Assembly: GCA_964016885.1 (NCBI GenBank)
Contig: OZ024749.1
Span: 9,796,001-9,860,000 of the forward strand
Direction of reading: 5' to 3'
DNA length: 64,000 nt
DNA from: Eledone cirrhosa
Lineage: Eukaryota
Shown here: in pieces, positions 35,149 to 47,339 of the stretch
Layout of the letters: every line of letters begins with the position of its first letter
How positions within the stretch are numbered: position 1 is the stretch's first letter
Program-made: the position numbers and the translations under genes
The notes under the pieces: model-generated
Told to the model about the DNA's origin: nothing
What the model saw: the letters and a program-made list of their open reading frames with translations, nothing else
The model's database searches: none

Positions 35149-35253
35149 CTGTAACCCATCATAAATAAATCGGTTGTCTTTATGAACAGAACCAAATACA
35201 TTCAGCATAGTTCGGTCACATATCTTTCCTGGAAAGTTCACATAATGTTCTCC
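35149..35253 (-). CDS. EFHC2: EFHC2-like, exon 5
   Basis: ttacag|GGA..CAG|gtaaca; GEHYVNFPGKICDRTMLNVFGSVHKDNRFIYDGLQ; 105 nt. Confidence 0.85.
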
Positions 35254-35299
35254 CTGTAAAACATTTTAAAATCATTAATTAATAATTGTATCACTTACT

Positions 35300-35660
35300 C
35301 TAAGTCTCACCTCATCTAAACATTTCTCACCTACTAAGATTACCTACCCTTCCTACCCATCATCATTTCCTACCCAGTAAAGTTTGTATTTCTCTTGTTT
35401 CTATTGCCTGTCAGTAATCTTGCTAAGGCACCCCTCCATTTCACCTCATGTACACACTGTACACCTACTTCTCTTCTCTCTAACAGTTCCACAATTTCAC
35501 CTGATTTACCTTTCAGGTTACCAACTTTGAGGGTGGTAATTCTGAGATTTCTACCATGACAGTTTGTTGTTACTTTCTTGGGTAGAGGTTCTAAGTACCT
35601 GAAAGGGAAAGTGGTTGTTCGATTGCTTGATGACAGTTGAGGGCTTCTTGCACATCTAGC
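35300..35660 (-). mobile_element. RTE AP-endonuclease N-terminal fragment
   Basis: LRITTLKVGNLKGKSGEIVELLERREVGVQCVHEVKWRG. Confidence 0.65.
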
Positions 35661-36073
35661 CACCCCACTAATCTAGCCACCCCACCACTCTAGCCACCCC
35701 ACTAATCTAGCTACCCCCACTAACATGTGCAGCACTAACATGGCTAGTGTTAGCCCTATGTACACAATTAGTGAGAATCATATTGGTCGTGCTTTTCATA
35801 TCTTGGCTCAGTTTTTATGCCCTTCCTATCACCAACCACTTTACAGCGTGTACATATGTATGTGTGTGTATGTGTGTGTTTGCATATAAATGCATGTATA
35901 CACACACACACATATATACATATATCATCATCATCATCGTTTAACATCTATCTTCCACTCTAGCATGAGTTAGATGGGTTTGTCCCATTTAGAGGCAAGC
36001 TGTGTCGGTGACCCTGTCTCGTTCATATAGGACTGTTTCTTGCTGGTTTTCTATGGCTGGATGCCCTTCTTAG

Positions 36074-36252
36074 TGCGCAACGCAACGCAGCGCAACACAA
36101 CACAACACAAAACCACAAAACAAAACAACACAACACAAAACAACACAACAAAACAACACAACACAAAACAAAACAACACAACACAAAACAACAAAACAAC
36201 AAAACAAAACAACACAACAAAACGCAACGCAACGCAACGCAACAACAAAACA
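36074..36252. repeat. Degenerate pentanucleotide repeat (CAAAA/CAACA/CAACG)
   Basis: Directly visible; starts ~25 nt into intron 4. Confidence 0.9.
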
Positions 36253-36275
36253 ATCCAATCCAAGAATTTGGAGAC

Positions 36276-36527
36276 CTTTGGTATTTTTGATCTTCGTACC
36301 AAGACAGATCCCATTTCTTGGCCACAATTTGGAGGAAACACCTCCCGAACTTCCATTGTGTCGTCAGATAAGAAGTAGAAGAGGATACATTTATGGACAA
36401 TACCACTTTCACTTGGAGTGTCATCCCAGGTACAGTAGAAACGTAGGACGTGCATGTCGTGTTCCAGAAACTTCTTCAGGGTGTCGATCCTCTTGTAGGG
36501 TCTCAATGGCATTTGGGCCTCATCTAT
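36276..36527 (-). CDS. EFHC2: EFHC2-like, exon 4 (second DM10 domain)
   Basis: gtacag|ATA; IDEAQMPLRPYKRIDTLKKFLEHDMHVLRFYCTWDD..YFLSDDTMEVRE..RRSKIPK|gtctcc (weak donor); 252 nt. Confidence 0.88.
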
Positions 36528-37507
36528 CTGTACACAAAGAAATAAAGAAGACCACAGATTGAGGACGGTTTGGTAGGGGGAGGGGTTTTGTTGTTGTTGT
36601 TGGTGGTAGTGGTGGTGGTGTAGTGGCGGTGGTGGTGGTGTAGTGGCGGTGGTGGTGGTGTAGTGGTGGAGGAGGGGGATGGTGGGGTTGTAGTGGTGTA
36701 GTGGGGGGTAGTAGTCGTGGTGGTGGTGTAGTGGCAGTGGTCGTGGTGATGGTGTAGTGGGGGGGTAGTGGTCGTGGTGATGGGGGGGGGGGTAGTTATG
36801 TAGTAGTAGAGGTGGCGGTCCTCCTCCACCCCCACCCTCTACTCAGGCACTCCCAATTCCTTTGTCCCCCATCTTGTCATCACTTTTTCTGTGAAAGGCC
36901 CCACACCAACCACTACACCCAGTCCTTCCTACCCAGAATGTTGACCCACTGGAACTGACAGGGACCTCGTGAAGGCCGTGACCCCTTTCACTTCTTGCAG
37001 ACCTACAAAGTAAAAATAATAATTGTTTCTACTTTAGGCACAAGGCCAGCAATTACCCAGTGTATTACTGGTACTTTATTTTATCGACCACGTAAGGATG
37101 AAAGGCAAAGTTAACCTCGTCAAGATTTGAACTCAGAATGGCAAGGGCCGTAACTCTATGCGTCAAAGCATGGCGTCCGACCCTCTGCCAATTCACCGCA
37201 AAAATAATAATAATAATACACTCCCTCCCTTCCTTCTTGTGTCTTCAAGAGGAGTTGATTGGCAGCCATTTAATCATCATAATCATCTTCATAATCATCA
37301 ATGTTTTGGGTCTCAAAGGTACTGAGAAGGTTATGGACACTGCCCCTTCCCTTTCTAACTAAACACCATCATCATCATTCTATGCTGACATGAACTAGAC
37401 AGGTTGTCACAGTCCAAAATTAAATGTGTCACAGACACATCTCCTCCATACATTCCATCTTGGGGAAAGGTTTTTTTACAGCTTCATGTCCTTCCTAATG
37501 CCAAACA

Positions 37508-39590
37508 ATTTACAGAGTGTACTGGGTGTATTTTATCAAGACACCGGTGATTACTACTTTACAGAGTGTACTGGGTGTATTTTATCAAGACACCAGTGTT
37601 ACTACTTTACAGAATGTACTGGGTGTATTTTATCAATGCAGCAGTGTTACTACTTTACAGAGTGTACTGGGTGTATTTTATCAACGCAGCAGTGTTACTA
37701 CTTTACAGAGTGTACTGGGTGTATTTTATCAACGCAGCACTGTTACTACTTTACAGAGTGTACTGGGTGTATTTTATCAACGCAGCAGTGTTACTACTTT
37801 ACAGAGTGTACTGGGTGTATTTTATCAACGCAGCACTGTTACTACTTTACAGAATGTACTGGGTGTATTTTATCAAGACACCGGTGATTACTACTTTACA
37901 GAATGTACTGGGTGTATTTTATCAAGACACCGGTGATTACTACTTTACAGAATGTACTGGGTGTATTTTATCAATGCAGCAGTGTTACTACTTTACAGAG
38001 TGTACTGGGTGTATTTTATCAAGGCACCAGTAATTACTACTTTACAGAGTGTACTGGGTGTATTTTATCAAGACACCGGTGATTACTACTTTACAGAGTG
38101 CACTCGGTGTATTTTATCAAAACACCAGTGATTACTACTTTACAGAGTGTACTGGGTGTATTTTATCAAGACACCGGTGATTACTACTTTACAGAGTGTA
38201 CTGGGTGTATTTTATCAAGACACCGGTGATTACTACTTTACAGAGTGTACTGGGTGTATTTTATCAAGACACCGGTGATTACTACTTTACAGAGTGTACT
38301 GGGTGTATTTTATCAAGACACCAGTGTTACTACTTTACAGAATGTACTGGGTGTATTTTATCAATGCAGCAGTGTTACTACTTTACAGAGTGTACTGGGT
38401 GTATTTTATCAACGCAGCAGTGTTACTACTTTACAGAGTGTACTGGGTGTATTTTATCAACGCAGCAGTGTTACTACTTTACAGAGTGTACTGGGTGTAT
38501 TTTATCAACGCAGCACTGTTACTACTTTACAGAGTGTACTGGGTGTATTTTATCAATGCAGCACTGTTACTACTTTACAGAGTGTACTGGGTGTATTTTA
38601 TCAACGCAGCACTGTTACTACTTTACAGAGTGTACTGGGTGTATTTTATCAACGCAGCACTGTTACTACTTTACAGAGTGTACTGGGTGTATTTTATCAA
38701 GGCACCAGTGATTACTACTTTACAGAGTGTACTGGGTGCATTTTATCAAGGCACCAGTAATTACTACTTTACAGAGTGTACTGGGTGTATTTTATCAAGG
38801 CACCAGTAATTACTACTTTACAGAGTGTACTGGGTGTATTTTATCAAGGCACCAGTAATTACTACTTTACAGAGTGTACTGGGTGTATTTTATCAAGGCA
38901 CCAGTAATTACTACTTTACAGAGTGTACTGGGTGTATTTTATCAAGGCACCAGTAATTACTACTTTACAGAGTGTACTGGGTGTATTTTATCAAGGCACC
39001 AGTAATTACTACTTTACAGAGTGTACTGGGTGTATTTTATCAAGGCACCAGTAATTACTACTTTACAGAGTGTACTGGGTGTATTTTATCAAGGCACCAG
39101 TAATTACTACTTTACAGAGTGTACTGGGTGTATTTTATCAAGGCACCAGTAATTACTACTTTACAGAGTGTACTGGGTGTATTTTATCAAGGCACCAGTA
39201 ATTACTACTTTACAGAGTGTACTGGGTGTATTTTATCAAGGCACCAGTAATTACTACTTTACAGAGTGTACTGGGTGTATTTTATCAAGGCACCAGTAAT
39301 TACTACTTTACAGAGTGTACTGGGTGTATTTTATCAAGGCACCAGTAATTACTACTTTACAGAGTGTACTGGGTGTATTTTATCAAGGCACCAGTAATTA
39401 CTACTTTACAGAGTGTACTGGGTGTATTTTATCAAGGCACCAGTAATTACTACTTTACAGAGTGTACTGGGTGTATTTTATCAAGGCACCAGTAATTACT
39501 ACTTTACAGAGTGTACTGGGTGTATTTTATCAACGCAGCACTGTTACTACTTTACAGAGTGTACTGGGTGTATTTTATCAAGGCACCATG
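37508..39590. repeat. Minisatellite, 48/49-bp unit, about 43 copies
   Basis: TTTACAGAGTGTACTGGGTGTATTTTATCAAGGCACCAGTAATTACTAC. Confidence 0.95.
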
Positions 39591-39693
39591 GCTACAACTT
39601 TAACAAGTCAGTAACAACAAAACAACAATTAGTTATTAAACAAGCACAAGGGTTTTCTCCGGTTGGGAGCCAAAATACTAAACTTCAACTTAC

Positions 39694-39917
39694 AGCTTTG
39701 CGAAATTCTGTGTAAGGATCCATAGGTACTTGAGCAGGGTTTGGGATCTTCACCCCAGATTTGTACAGGAACTTGTAAGTGAAATGGTCACAGTTTACAA
39801 TCTTGAACACTTTACCATAGATGTTGATTTTCACACCAATGTTGAAGTCGTCAATGGTATAGAACTCCTTGTGGTGTGGGGCTGGCTTAGGAATGCGATG
39901 TCTATGCACAATGGTAC
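39694..39917 (-). CDS. EFHC2: EFHC2-like, exon 3
   Basis: ttgcag|GT..GCT|gtaagt; (G)TIVHRHRIPKPAP..FYTIDDFNIG..YGKVFKIVNCDHFT..DPYTEFRKA; 224 nt. Confidence 0.92.
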
Positions 39918-40170
39918 CTGCAAGTGGAAGCACAAAGAGACAAGGAGAGAGGTGCCAATGATGTTGAATTGTCATTGCCAGATCAGACCAAGGAAACTAT
40001 ATTTCTATTGGCCTTTTCATGGCTGATGCTATCTGCCTGTGGCAACTCCTGGGTTGGAGATGGGATTTCAATATAGAACATGTAGAGCTGGAACACATAC
40101 ATCAAAGCATCTTACCCAACATTTTAACACTTCCAATAATACATTGGCCATGGACTGGGACTTTATTTAA

Positions 40171-40378
40171 CCCTTTACCATTTAAGCTGGCTGTATCCAG
40201 CCAGAATTCTCTCACCTCTTTCTGTTCAAACCGGCCATAATTGGCCACTTATACCAATGTTAAGGTATTGTTCTCATAATAAATAATTTTAAAATCTCAT
40301 AGATTCAATATTATGTGAGGTAAAGCCTTTACCGTGAAAATACAATAGTATATATAGAGTAATGTAAATATTAAAGGG
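40171..40378. mobile_element. piggyBac-like MITE
   Basis: TTAA|CCCTTTA ... TAAAGGG|TTAA; 208 bp. Confidence 0.75.
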
Positions 40379-40667
40379 TTAACAACCTCAAAAGAATGAA
40401 AAGCAAAGTTGAGCTTGCTGGGATTTTAACCCAGAATACAGTGAGCCACGATAAATACAGTGGCATTTAACCCAATACTCTAACGACTAATTTGCCACTA
40501 ATCATCATCATCATCATTTATCGTTCATTTTCCACGCTAGCATGGGTAGGACAGGCAGTCCCTTAGTGAGAGATCAGGTGAAAGGACCTTGATATGCATA
40601 CATGGAACTGATTTTGGCTTGATTTCTACAGTTGGATGTGGGGAAATAAGTTATCAATGACACCTAC

Positions 40668-41007
40668 CTTGGTTGAGTCTACTGTTTCGCCTTTTAATGC
40701 TGATTATCTCAATGGTATCGTCTTCAAGATGAAAATAGATCATACATTCGTGAATTCGATAAGTCTCTTCTCTTTGTTCTTGAACTGACTCATGATAATA
40801 AGCACTGAAACTGAGCACTTGTCGATCAAAAGTAAGCCACGAAGGCAATGTTGAATCCCTGGCAAAAGCCATTTCTGGACGTATGGGAGGTAACTCCTGG
40901 TTAGGTCGAGGCTCACCTCCAATTCCTGGTTTACTTTCACCAGCATAAAACTGTTCATTTCCCACTAAGTAGAAATGATGGGACCTATGAAATTTTGTCT
41001 TCCCAAC
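40668..41007 (-). CDS. EFHC2: EFHC2-like, exon 2 (first DM10 domain)
   Basis: tttcag|GTT..G|gtaggt; VGKTKFHRSHH..KPGIGGEP..PSWLTFDRQVLSFSAY..IYFHLEDDTIEI; 340 nt. Confidence 0.93.
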
Positions 41008-41159
41008 CTGAAAATGAAGGTGATCAATTTATAAAGTAAAAACCTCCAAGACTGATTAAAGAGGTCAGGGAGATATCCCCAAACCAAAGAACTGGTTTAA
41101 ATTCTTACAGCAGAATAGATCCACCTGGAGTGACTCTCTGATCTCCGAGAGTCACTCCA

Positions 41160-41460
41160 GGTAGAGCCGCTACTTCTCCGAATTGAGAGACCACAGCTCT
41201 AATGTTATGGGGCATGTGGTTAGAATGTCTCAGGAAAGAATCACTGGACAGATTTTATGGGCAAAACCAGCCAGCAAGAGACCCTGGGGTAGACCCCGAA
41301 CAAGGTGGTTGGATAACATCCATGAGCTTGGATGGTCATGCTTGGGGGTCCAGCCAAATCAGTTGGAGATGATTGCTTCTGACAGGACCCACCCCACTGG
41401 AAAGAGTGTTTGAGGACTCCCCCACAACCTTTTCAGGAATAAGTGGATAAGGAAGAAGAA
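41160..41460 (+). mobile_element. Expander/Rex3-like RTE 3' end
   Basis: GHVVRMSQERITGQILWAKP..KRPWGRPRTRWLDNI. Related pieces at 17030-17215, 33920-34060, 34575-34760 and 46045-46250(-). Confidence 0.7.
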
Positions 41461-42342
41461 ATAGTTATACAAGGAGGGAGAAGCTGGGTTTAAGAGGAAT
41501 CCAAGGTTTTTGTACAGGAGAGAAGATTGCACTGGTATGGATATGTGATTTGCATGGATGATGATTGATGGGTGAAGTGCCAAGAAATCCGAGTGGAAGG
41601 AAACCACAGTAGAGGTAGACCAAGAAAGACCCGGGCAGAAGTAGTGAGAGCTGACTTTAAATTGCTGAAACTCACAGAGGAGATGACAAAGGAATGTGGC
41701 AAGTGGAGACGTGCTGTGCTGAGAAGGATCCGTCCAATCCATGCAAGGAAAAACGGACGTAAAAATGATAATGATGATGATGATAATGATGAAGGGAACT
41801 AGAAGATATTTTCTTTCTTTTTCTTATCAATTATTCAGGAGGAAAGGCAGTGTGTGTGTTACTTTTCAAGGGGTTTCCAAAACTGGTAGAATGGAGGAAG
41901 GATGAGGTCCTCAAACAAGACACCTGAGCTCACCTGGATGATTTTAACATCATCATCATCATCATCATCATTTAACGTCCATTTTCCATGCTAGCATGGG
42001 TTAGACAGGTTGTCCCATTCTAATGCCCTTCCTAATGCCAAAGTCCCTAAACTGGAGAACTGGTTCAAATGCTGGCAACAGAATAGAGTCTCCTCAAACT
42101 AGCCAAGGGCTATGTTGTGGTGTTAATCTCCATGACTGATTAAAGGAGACAAGGAGATATCCCTAAACCGGAGACCTCATTCAAATTCTTACAACAGAAT
42201 AGACTCTGTTAAATAATCCAAGGACTGTGGTGGCGTTAAACTGGGTAACATGTTAAGTATACAAACCAGGTATGCCATGATACTGTGCAATCCCTAGATA
42301 TTGTGTGATGTATGACTGAACAGGCCCACCCCCCTATACAAT

Positions 42343-42782
42343 CTATCTAATCTAATCTAATCTGGTCGAGTTTACACTCGCAAATAAGAAGAATCAGGGC
42401 CGACCCTAGGAGCATTGGATTTGGTGTACTTCATATTTGTTTCAGTTGCTGAATACAATCAGGGGTCGCTACTTCTCCTGAAGGTCAATAGTTCTCTTCT
42501 AACTCGAGCGGGAGTGCCTTTCCATTGTCAATTTGCATTGGTCATCTACAAAGCTGCATTGTTCTGAGAACCACTACACCAGTCTTACGATGCGTGCAGC
42601 TGGAACTACTGCCACCCATTGATTTGGCAGGATCGCAACTCATTTCTACAGCTGAGTAAACTGGAGCAACGTGAAATAAAGTGTCTTGCTCAAGGGCGCA
42701 ACACATCACCCGGTCTGAGAATCGAACTCACAACCTTTTGATTGCAAAGCCAATGCTCTAACCACTAAGTCAGGTGCCTTCA
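42343..42782 (-). mobile_element. tRNA-head SINE with alternative body and (TTAGA)n tail
   Basis: The head is nearly identical to 1149-1288. Flanked by the direct repeat CTATACAATC (TSD). Confidence 0.75.
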
Positions 42783-43012
42783 CTATACAATCCCTAGATA
42801 ATGTGTGATGTATGACTGAACAGAGTCCACCACCCCCACCCCCACCCCCATACACCAGGTTTCTAACCCTCGTCTGATGATGGAGGCAAGGAATGAAAGA
42901 CAAATGGAGGGGGGAGAAAGCAAAAGAAAATGAGGGGAGATAAAAAACATAATATTCGGGTGGACGGGCGGATGAGTGGGTATTTAGACAGACAGACAGA
43001 CAGATAGATAGA

Positions 43013-44238
43013 TATATTTCTTTATTAGCCCCAAGGGCGCACAAGAAAAGGGGACAAAACAAGGACACATGCCAGGGATTTTACATACAATCGTGTAAAA
43101 ATATTGAAACAAACAAATTTAACAATTGAAATCCCCAATAGGGGGGAGGTGCCACAAATGGGTTGTTTAATACCCCGTCGATAGAACAACCCTCAACTTC
43201 AGGAGCGGGTTATGCAAGTGCTCCTTTCTTCCTTTTGCTCTCTTCTTCAACCTACAGGTTTATATACAAAGAAGGCCCAATTACACGGGCCATTTTTGCC
43301 CCATTCACCCACCTTTCAGTAAATTTACTGGGGTGCAGTGCCTTTCTCTCCACTCTGATTCTCCTTCTAAAGTGGAATCTGAAGAAGGGAATGAGTTGTT
43401 GTCCGGAGAGAAAGGCATCTGTCCTCAGTCCTCTCAATCTCGTCCACCATATAACCTCTTTCACCATAGCCACTGTACAGAGGAAAACCACCTCTCTTTT
43501 GTTTTTGAAAGAAGTTGGCAGTTTGATCCTTACTATGGACTCAGCAGTCAACTGGATTTGTCCCATACACGACAGCAGTTGTTCTGCATAGTTCCACAGG
43601 TCGGTTACGCCCGGGCAGTGTACAATTGCGTGCAAGACGGTTTCAATGTCCTGCCCACATTTTGGACACGTCCTCTTGGAAGGATCCCTACCGGGGCATC
43701 CGTGCCTGTAGATCTTGTCACGAACTGGCATAGCTCCTCGGTAGCACTGCCAGGCCAGGGACCTCTGGAAGTTGTCCATAGGTCCCCGGCGGAAAGTCCT
43801 ACCAAACAGACTGGTGAGTTCGTTGTCTTCGACACCCAGAGTCTCTCCAAGCACCTCGTTGCCCTTGTGACGTACTAACCCTTTATAGAATGTCGAAGTG
43901 GAGTCTCCACTGATTGCTGTGCCCGCTTGACAGAGGCATGTGAGCGCCTGAGCGCATTCAATGTGCCAGGCGCCCATTTTTTTCGGTCTCCGCTTGACCC
44001 AGGACTGCAGCTCCGTCAGCAAGGCAAGTTGCTCGAAGGTCTGTCTCACAAACGGTGCCCACACCGGTTGTTCGGTGAGGAATACCTGTAGATGCCGTAG
44101 CCTCAGTGCATGTTTGCGCATCATCAGCCACGGCATTCCCAGCCCTCCGTTGGAAGGGTGCTGACAGCAGACAGATCTCCTCACCAGTGGAGCCTGCTTC
44201 TTCCAAAGGAACTGGAAGCGCATGCGTTCCATCTTGGT
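43013..44238 (-). mobile_element. 5'-truncated Tx1/L1-clade LINE, copy 1
   Basis: FQFLWKKQAPLVRRSVCCQHPSNGGLGMP..CPKCGQDIETVLHAIVHCP (zf-RVT); AATAAA at the 3' end; inserted in (GACA)/(GATA)n. Confidence 0.85.
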
Positions 44239-44273
44239 GACAGATAGATAGGCAGACAGACAGACAGACAGGC

Positions 44274-44364
<91 letters not shown>

Positions 44365-44380
44365 GAGACAGAGAGATAGA

Positions 44381-45203
44381 TATATTTCTTTATTTACCAT
44401 AAAGGCATAAAAAGAAGGGACAAATACAAAGGGGGAGTTTACATACAATCGAGTAAAAAGGGTATAAAATGAAAATAATCGAAAACAACCTCAAAAGGGA
44501 GGGGACGTGATGGGGGTTGCACACACCCCCGAAAAAGTGTGCAATCGTTTGCCCAGGGAGCACATGGAGAAGGTGCTCCCCTCTCCTTCACTTCTTTACC
44601 TACAGGATGGTATACAGAGAAGGCCCATTTACACGAGCCATTCTCGCCACTATCACCCACCTTTCATAAAACTGCATGTGGCCAAGCACCTCTCTCTCCA
44701 TTCTTATCCTTATTCCGAAGTGATATCGGAAGAAGTAGACCAGACTATGGCCAGAGAGGAAGTTGCCTGACCTCAGACCTTTCAATCGTGTCCACCAAAC
44801 AACCTCTTTCAACATGGCTATTACGCACAGAAAAACCGCCTTTGCTTCCTTTGTGAAGAGGGAGGCGGTTTGATTGTCATCACGGACTCGGCGGTCAATC
44901 GAATCGGCGCCACCCACGACAGCAGTCGTTCGGCGTAGCCCCACAGATCAGCCACGCCCGGACATTGCACCAATGCGTGCGCAACGGTTTCTTCGTGACG
45001 CACGCATCTAGGGCAAATCTTTTTCGAGGGATCCCTGCCCGGGCGCCCGTGTCTGTAGAGCCTCTCTCGAACGGGTAGAGCCCCCCGGTAGCACTGCCAG
45101 GCTAGTGACTTCTGGAAGTTGTCCATTGGTCCCGGGCCGAAAGTCCTACCGAACAGGTTGGCCAGTTCGTCCTCTTCCATGTCCAGCGACTCTCCAAGGG
45201 TTT
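44381..45203 (-). mobile_element. 5'-truncated Tx1/L1-clade LINE, diverged copy 2
   Basis: GPMDNFQKSLAWQCYRGALPVRERL..CPRC..ETVAHALVQCP; same 3' terminus AATAAAGAAATATATCTATC. Confidence 0.85.
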
Positions 45204-45265
45204 GGGAGACAGATAGATAGATAGACAGACAGACAGATATTTAGATAGAAAATAAGTTTTCTTAC

Positions 45266-45307
45266 ATTCTGAGAAAAATTATTGCCAGGTAGAAAAGGTA
45301 ACGCCAT
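45266..45307 (-). CDS. EFHC2: EFHC2-like, coding exon 1
   Basis: MALPFLPGNNFSQN|gtaag, matching the recalled EFHC2 N-terminus (MALPLLPGNSF). The 11 exons total 2286 nt = 761 aa plus stop. Confidence 0.9.
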
Positions 45308-45441
45308 TGTCAGTTAATTAGTTTTAAAAAAAGAGAAATTCGTAGAAAACCATAAAATAAACGAATAAAAATCGTTCGAGATTTCTATATATATGTGTGT
45401 ATATATCTATATATATGTGTGTATATATATGTGTATATATC

Positions 45442-45472
<31 letters not shown>

Positions 45473-46404
45473 ATATACTTCGTTTTTGAATTTGTTTTCC
45501 CAAAGTATAACAATATCGAAACGGCCTGAGCTCAGCCGTCGAGCTCCTGAGTCTTTTCCTATTTATATCTATATAGATATATGTCTAAGTTTGGAGAATG
45601 ATTAAGTTTTAGTTATAATATATAACCATGTTTGAGGCTGGAATTTAATTCAGAGATTTGAAGGGTATGTTTGTTTCGTTTTCTGATTGTTTCGTTTGTG
45701 TTTGTTTTTTTTGTAATATTTTTCGTTATTTGAATATAGATTTCTAAAAAGTGAATATGGTTTTAATAGCGTCTATAGAGAATATGAGGGAGTGGGAGGA
45801 AGGGGAGGAGATGTGAGAGATTGAAATATATGAGTGACAGAGTGAAAGTGATAGAATAAAAGATCAACGGGGGAGTATCAGAGAGAAAAGGAGAGAAATA
45901 AAAGACAGGCAGATAGTTAAGAGCAGCAGAGTATGTGAGAGGGAGAGGGGGGGGGAGAGAGAGAGAGAGAGAGAGATGTATACAAAAGAGATAGAAAGAA
46001 CAGAGAAGTTGATAGATACACATTAATCGTGATTTTAGTATTATTCTTCTCCCACTTATTCCTGAGAGGGTCGTGGGGACAGAGTCCTCAAACACTCTTT
46101 CCAGCAGCTCCTGTCAGAAGCAACTGTCTCCAACTGATCCGGCTGGACCCCCTAAGTGTGACCAGCTAAGCTCGTGAGTGTTATCCAATCATCTTGCTCG
46201 AGGTCCACCCCAGGGTCTCTTGTCGGTTGGTTTTACCCGTAAAATCTTTCCAGTGACGTAGCTAGGACGAGGCGAGTAAAAACCACCTCTAAATATGCCT
46301 CGTCTTCGCGGGTTTGACAAAGTACCAGATTGGTGGCTGGCGCCAATAAGACCATCGAAACTGAAACTATAATATGAGAAAAACAACAACAAAAAAAAAC
46401 ATAC

Positions 46405-46690
46405 TGCACTGTTCTTTGCGCGGGTTAATAAGGGACAGGTCCAGGCCTTAGGTAGAGGGGCCTGTTCGAAAAATATATTGCAGTCTCCATTTCATGCCGC
46501 AAAAACTGGCGATGAGCCTGCGACATGTCCTGGGAGGCATCGGATGGACGCACAAAGGTTGCGTATACCGAGGCCCCAAATAGCGTCCGGAAGGAAGTAA
46601 ACCTTGACAATTGGAACCTGGAACATCACAACCCTTAAAGGAGCAGTAACTAATGGGTGAGGCCAGATGCTACCGACTAGATATTTAGTG
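46405..46690 (+). mobile_element. RTE 5' UTR and start of AP endonuclease (fragment)
   Basis: LTIGTWNITTLKG...LMGEARCYRLDI. Confidence 0.6.
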
Positions 46691-46850
46691 TTAAAAAATA
46701 AAAAGTAATAGTGAAATAATATTTTTTTAAATGGTGCTGGAGGACATGTGACCCTAAGATAAAACTTATTTAGTTTATATGTAAGACCATCACTGCCCCT
46801 AATGCTTCACGGCTGCATTAAATCGGTCGAAACACGTGTGTAGCCGATTC

Positions 46851-46944
46851 AGGGTCACCTACTTCTGAGAGTGGTTAGTACCCAAGTTTGTCGACCTCAT
46901 CGTGGTGGACCCTAGAAATCGATCTCTGATCAGGCGAACGACTA
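46851..46944 (+). ncRNA. HDV-like self-cleaving ribozyme candidate
   Basis: P1 AGGGTCA/GGACCCT; P2 TTGTCG/CGACTA; P3 ACC/GGT; L3 TCATCGT; P4 GATC-TCT-GATC; J4/2 GGCGAA. All elements are in canonical order. Confidence 0.65.
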
Positions 46945-47305
46945 CAAAGTGAGACAGCAACGGCAAATCAACAAAATACTTATTGTGGTAGCTATAGCAT
47001 GTTGTTAGTCCCTATGAATAATATTTTTTTAAAAAACTTAATGTAAATAGGGGAGGGGAAAATGAGAGAAAGATAAATAAAAAACGCAAAACAGAAAAAA
47101 GGTGAATGTGAAAGGAGTGTTATGAGGGATTAACAGAAAGAAAATAGATATATTGATAGAGAGTGTTTGTGTGTGTATTATGTGTGATAAGAAATATGGG
47201 AGACGTCTCTCATATAAAATATATAATTTTAATGAATACAATTGACAAAACAAAGAAAGAAAAATGTAAAGTTTGAATGTTACTGTTACACGTATATATG
47301 CACGC

Positions 47306-47339
<34 letters not shown>

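Noticed and set aside
43252-44448. 398-aa ORF as a host gene
   Set aside because: The N-terminus is (TCTG)n read-through fused to a truncated LINE ORF2 C-terminus.
46989-47002. RFX X-box-like GTAGCTATAGCATG upstream of the ciliary gene
   Set aside because: Three mismatches to consensus, 1.7 kb from the ATG, and the transcription start is unknown.
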